From the NCBI GenBank assembly GCA_043228905.1, contig JBHGNT010000015.1, positions 4,712,001 through 4,776,000 of the forward strand: a stretch of 64,000 nucleotides of DNA. Reading direction: 5' to 3'. Positions 59,160 through 64,000 of the stretch are shown in pieces. This DNA is from Azolla caroliniana (taxonomy: Eukaryota > Plantae > Polypodiophyta). A program made the position numbers and the translations under genes. Within the stretch, counting starts at the first letter, position 1; every line of letters starts with the position of its first letter. Under the pieces are notes generated by a model that was not told the DNA's origin, did not search any database, and saw only the letters and a list, made by a program, of their open reading frames with translations.

Positions 59160-59665
59160 CTGAACACAAAGAAGAAAACAATGCAAAAGAAAAACCTATC
59201 AGAATTTACCAAATTTTTGTTATAACTTAGATACAACTTTATAATCTTCATTAGCTTAAACCGCTTTGTCTGGCCATTCAAGTTTGCGGGGATTCTAGGC
59301 ATTTATATAAGCTCTAAATTCTACAAACCATAGCAATCTGAATCCTAATCACATGTATATTAAGTAAGTAATTAATGTATGCTAATGCCAATCGACTTCT
59401 CTGTAATGAGCATATAGCCATAATTCTTAGGAATCAATAAGCCAGAAACTGTCCATCTTTTGAAGCAGAAGATCCCCAATTCCAAGTCCTGACACCTTCA
59501 ACCCTGGCTTAGGCTCGAGATCAAAAGAAAAGAACAAAACAAATTTATCTACGGGCTAATCCTGAGAAAATGCAATTTAATTTAATTTAAAGATTAATCC
59601 AAACAAACCTAATCTAATCTAAAGAAATTCTAACAGATCTAATAAAGTGAATCAGAATCCCTTAC

Positions 59666-59961
59666 ATTGTTAATATCATCATAGAGCTTGGCAATAAGAG
59701 CCTTGAGCTCTTTCTTCTCTTCCTTGGCTTTGGATGCAACGATGGTGTTAAGGTCGAAGCGAAGGTAGGAGGCTTTGAGGCGAAGGTCATTTTGCACATA
59801 GGGCCAGGCCTTCTTGTCGATCAAGGTTTTCACGGCTACAATGTCTTTGGCTGACTCCTTGGCTCTTGCAATGGCCTCAGCTGGAGAGAGAGGCTGAAGG
59901 TAAAAACGAGACTTCAATGGAAGATCTAAGTCTCGAGCCTGGTCTGCACTCTCGGTACCGG
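59666..59961 (-). CDS. psbQ: PsbQ exon 2
   Basis: [25 protein letters not shown]...[24 protein letters not shown]; AG/GT boundaries in the correct phase. Confidence 0.95.
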
Positions 59962-60391
59962 CTTCACCATACCAAGCAAGAAGAACACAATGATTAGGGT
60001 GTTAAAAGCAAGAGAAACTGTTGGATTTACATAATATAGGGTCTCATTCAACGAATTTACATAAGTAGATAATGTTGACAAAAAAATGCAGATGATGTGA
60101 GAGATCATCATTGATAGGATGGAAGATCATCACAGATAATGTGAAAGATCATGTGAACATTCATCATAGATAGTGTAAAAGACACCATTCATCAATAGAC
60201 AGTGATAGTGTAAAATGTAAAAGACAGTGTGACAGTGTATAGATAATGTGTGAGAGTTCATCATAGACCATGTGTCAAAGCATGTGAAAGGGGGCGAGAG
60301 TAAATGAAAGATCATGACCATGGTATCATGAGGAAGATCCTCCCTAAAGTTAAATCATAGGGCATAGGAGATATAATCAGAGTGTCCTTAC

Positions 60392-60707
60392 GCAATCCAC
60401 CGGAGGGAGGGGGAGGACCTCCAAGCTTGATGGAGGAAGCTTCTGCCAGAGCTTCTTTGGCGATGAAGAGAGCAGGGGCAGAGACGGCGAGGAGGCTAAG
60501 CAAAGATCGTCGCGAAGATGAAGAAGAAGAAGAAGAAGAAGAAGAGGGGGAGGAGGAGGACTGATCAGAGGAGGCGCGGATGGGTGCCACAGTTAGGGGC
60601 CGGAAGGAGGAAGGAGATGAAGGGGAAGGGGAAGGGGAAGCAGTGTTGAGGGAGGAGGGTGTGGTGGAGGAGAAGATGCCAGCCATGGCCACAGTGGAGC
60701 TCGCCAT
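60392..60707 (-). CDS. psbQ: PsbQ exon 1 (transit peptide and mature N-terminus)
   Basis: Ser-rich transit peptide, twin-arginine SRRSLL plus hydrophobic core, ALA|EA cleavage site, GGPPPPSGGL motif, GTAAGG donor. Confidence 0.93.
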
Positions 60708-60920
60708 GTTTCCTCTGGGGGCCTTCGTTGCTCCTGCTCCTTTCCCTTCTCTGTGTCTTTTCTCTCTCTCTCTGTGTGTCTTTCTGTCTCACTGTGAGAG
60801 GATATGGAGGAGAAGGAGGCAGGCTACTTACTAGTGGAAACAGGGGATTGTGTTTGTAATGTTTTTTTGATGAAGTAGAAGTGTGTGTGTGTGTGGAGAA
60901 AGAGAGAAAGAGGGGAATAT

Positions 60921-60928
60921 GGATAAGG
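60921..60928. promoter_or_regulatory. Possible I-box (GGATAAGG) upstream of psbQ
   Basis: GATAAG about 215 bp upstream of the ATG of a photosynthesis gene; short motif, so weak evidence. Confidence 0.4.
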
Positions 60929-60975
60929 AGGAGAGGATAGGCTCATCCATCCATCCAACCAACCATTTCATTCAT

Positions 60976-60978
<3 letters not shown>

Positions 60979-61027
<49 letters not shown>
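60979..61027. repeat. (CT)n microsatellite upstream of psbQ
   Basis: Directly visible simple repeat. Confidence 0.95.
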
Positions 61028-61033
<6 letters not shown>

Positions 61034-61067
61034 ACCTTTTCCCACATAACACACAAATAGGAACCTT

Positions 61068-61228
61068 ACCTCCCCAAGACACACAAGTGTTAATTGCAAC
61101 ACCAGACCTCAGCCTCTCTTTGCTCGCCTGCCCATCCACAACCTCTCGACAACACAACTTTGCTCACCTCCCCCAAGACACACAAGTGTTAATTGCAACA
61201 CCAGACCTCGGCCTCTCTTTGCTCGCCT
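61068..61228. repeat. ~62-bp direct repeat (2 copies)
   Basis: CCCCAAGACACACAAGTGTTAATTGCAACACCAGACCTC(A/G)GCCTCTCTTTGCTCGCCT at ~61068 and ~61166. Confidence 0.9.
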
Positions 61229-62595
61229 TTCCCATGTCTCATCCATCCTACAGCTTCCCTATGTGCCGGTTTTCTTTTTTGGTTTTGTATGACTTCGAAG
61301 CACTCCATTGTTCGAGGCTTCACCCTAATAACACACGCACGCACTCGCACTCGCACTCAAAGCATCTCCAATTGGCATCCAGGAGATTCATATCCTGGTT
61401 TCATCACAAATTGCAAACTAAAATGTGCTTAGAAAATATGATTTAAGCACGGGGAAACTGCATAAGATATTGTATTTTGTTAATCTATGATGACACTTCA
61501 CTATTTGAAGCAACAAGCAACCCCAGATGCCACCCTAGAGCGACCACAAGCATGTAACATAGGAGAGACATGAAGCGTTTTTCCACCCACGTTGTTCAAT
61601 ATGTACCCCATCACTATGCATGTGATTTTTCTAGGCTTACCCAACTTCTTAGTATGCAAACATGTGACATACATTGAACTTGGACAATTTCTTAGATATA
61701 CATGATATTCATGTACCACTAGTGTTGACCCTAAATTCAACCTAGCTAACATCCTAATGTTACTACACATTGCGTCCTACACAATATAATGGCTACCACA
61801 ACCTCAAGATAGCATCCTTGCATTACTCTCCTCCTTGCAAGAGGACTTTACCATGATTGGGAAAGCCCGTTAGTGTTTCGAAAAGATGGATATGATATGC
61901 CTCTATGAATATTCCCCACGGGTTACATGCGTTTTGATTCAAAGATAGTAGACAATTTAGGGTTAGATCCTTAGTTTTAATCACTCTTTTGTTGTTTATA
62001 TGAACATTGAAGGATGTGTTGTGTGTTTCTCGCTACTTAAGTGCTTTCATTGTTTTCAACTAATTAAGTGTTAATTGAATTCTCTGAGCTAATTAGTGCA
62101 TTGTTTGGATGGTTTGTATATGCTCTGCTTTCATAAAGATGACTTACATTGTTAAGATAAAGTTGCACAGGATACCGATAATAGTATCCTATTCTTGTAA
62201 GAACATGACACCCAAGAATAAGTATGTGTCTTGAAGGTCGTGGGTCAATGAAGAGGTCACCAACTATTTAAGATATGACAAGAAGAGTTCACTTAGTTTA
62301 TAATGTAGTTCTTAGTTTTGATATTTATGTTATCCCGGTCGACAAACACAAAGGGCCGAACAACTCAATCTCTGAATCATTCTGTCAATGGGATTGTGCT
62401 TTGGAGATTGGAGTCGGTCGACTCTGCTTAATGATCACTTAAACACACTCACTATATCACACTCAATCATTGTAATTACCATAACACTTAAACACTCTCA
62501 GACTGGTGATCGATTGTAACTATAAACGAACTCTCAATGCAAGAAGAATTCAAGACACCTAATGCTTTAACTAATAGACTTATATTAAAACATAG

Positions 62596-63805
62596 TGGTA
62601 CCGACCATCACGAAGAATTTAGTCTTCGTGGGCCAAATTGTGGAGCAAGGCATGCAATTTCAATTCAACCAAGCCGGTTTCTTCATCGAAAAAGAGGGTC
62701 GAATCATCGCTCGTGGTCGAAGGGAAGGCCAAATGTTTATCCTCGAGCCAAACAAGGTAAAATCGGCTATGTTTGCAAAGGGCCTCAAAGCCGACATAGA
62801 CATAGAGTTGTGGCACAAGAGAATTGGCCACATCAATCTCAATAAACTCAAGGCAATGCAATTGAAAGGAGTCGTCATCGAAAGGAGATTGAAGGCAAGA
62901 AACACTGACACCCGTTCCCAAAAGAGAGGAACATGAGCAAAGGCATACTGGATGTAATTCATTCTAATGTATGGGGACTGGCTCAGACGGCTACATTCGG
63001 CGGATGTCGATAGTGACGACTTCTCCAGGTACACCTAGATCTACCCCATGCAGTAAAAGAGTGAAGTATTTAGTCACTTCCAAAAATTTAAGAATGAAAT
63101 CGAGAAAGCCTCAGGTCAGCATGTCTGATGTCTTCGGTCAGATGGAGGCAAGGAATACTTCTCTGATGCATTCACAGCATACCTTCGACAAGAAGGAATC
63201 AAGTGAGAATTTCCTTACTGACATACACCTCAACAAAATGAAGTAGTTGAACACAAGAATCGGCACATATTAGAGGTAGCCCCGGCGATGATGAATGAAA
63301 AGAACCTGCCAAATTCGTAACGGGCAAAAGCCGCCAACACAGTCATCCACCTCACGAGGTAACACCCCACGAGAAGTTTTATGGTAAGAAACCGGATTTA
63401 TCCCACGTCAGGATATTCGGTTCAATTGCATATGTACACATCCGCAACGAAATGCGGCAAAAGCTAGATCCCAAGTTGGAGAAATGTATCCTCGTAGGAT
63501 ACTCACTGGAGCAAAAGGGGTACAAATGCCTCAACCCCTCTACTTGGAAGGTTCGCGTAAGCCAGGACGTAGTCTTTGACGAATCGACATCTTGATACGA
63601 ACCCGAGCCAACTCCTCCCGAACCATCTATGAACGACCTTGACAACATAGAAGACAATGATTAACTAAGGTCAATACCCGAGGAGAGTCCGATCTCAACT
63701 AGATTGAGTGGACCACAAGAACCCCCAAGCAACCAAAAAACATCTTAGCCAAGTCCGAAGATGGACAAAGGCAAGGCGAAAATGCTAGAATATGAAGATG
63801 ATCAA
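62596..63805 (+). mobile_element. Decayed Copia X-family fragment (pre-integrase and integrase)
   Basis: VPTITKNLVFVGQIVEQG...ELWHKRIGH and KLDPKLEKCILVGY match Copia X pieces 49837-50900 and 27170-27390. Confidence 0.88.
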
Positions 63806-64000
63806 TGTTATTGGTCGAAGAGAACCACGTCTGAACCAAGACCAAAACGTCGGAAGGACAAATGTTCTTCTCGAATTCGGATGGTGGCCGAGGACGAGGT
63901 CGCGGTGGTAGAAGAGGTCGATTCGACCCATCTCATGAAGGGAACTCAACCCTTCGACAACAAGACGGAAGCCATCGAAGAACCTTCAGAAGAAGGGGGA

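Noticed and set aside
60883-61446. 187-aa ORF divergent from psbQ
   Set aside because: Built from microsatellites and the local duplication, with a GTG start; not protein-like.
63806-64000. Start of another LTR (TGTTATTGG...) interrupting the last Copia fragment
   Set aside because: Plausible, but the partner LTR and TSD lie outside the window.

Overview
Eukaryotic plant genomic DNA. A non-seed plant such as a fern is likely; this is inferred from Tcn1-like chromoviruses, an RTEX-like LINE and the psbQ gene. About 58 kb is one deeply nested retrotransposon cluster. An old Gypsy-like gag remnant hosts chromovirus Gy1 (1237-6943, -) and Copia H. Copia X (9513-~52355, -) inserted into H and is itself split by Copia A, Copia B (which carries a solo LTR), chromovirus Gy2 and Copia C. 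Copia C is split by three young Copias with intact ORFs (D, E, F). Most junctions are confirmed by 5-bp target-site duplications (TSDs). Further right are a LINE 3' fragment, truncated Copia G, truncated chromovirus Gy3, the only host gene (three-exon psbQ, 59061-60707, -) and another Copia X-family fragment. A 100-N gap at 40975-41074 is flanked by a probable assembly duplication. The most interesting signals are cis-elements shared by the two chromovirus families despite otherwise dissimilar LTRs: a Tf1-type self-priming PBS, an antisense tRNA-like Pol III A/B-box cassette at the U3 edge, a G_UUA_AAC plus hairpin -1 frameshift signal, and heat-shock elements beside the TATA box. Element names (Gy1-3, A-H, X) are my own labels. 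All alignments and counts were done by eye.
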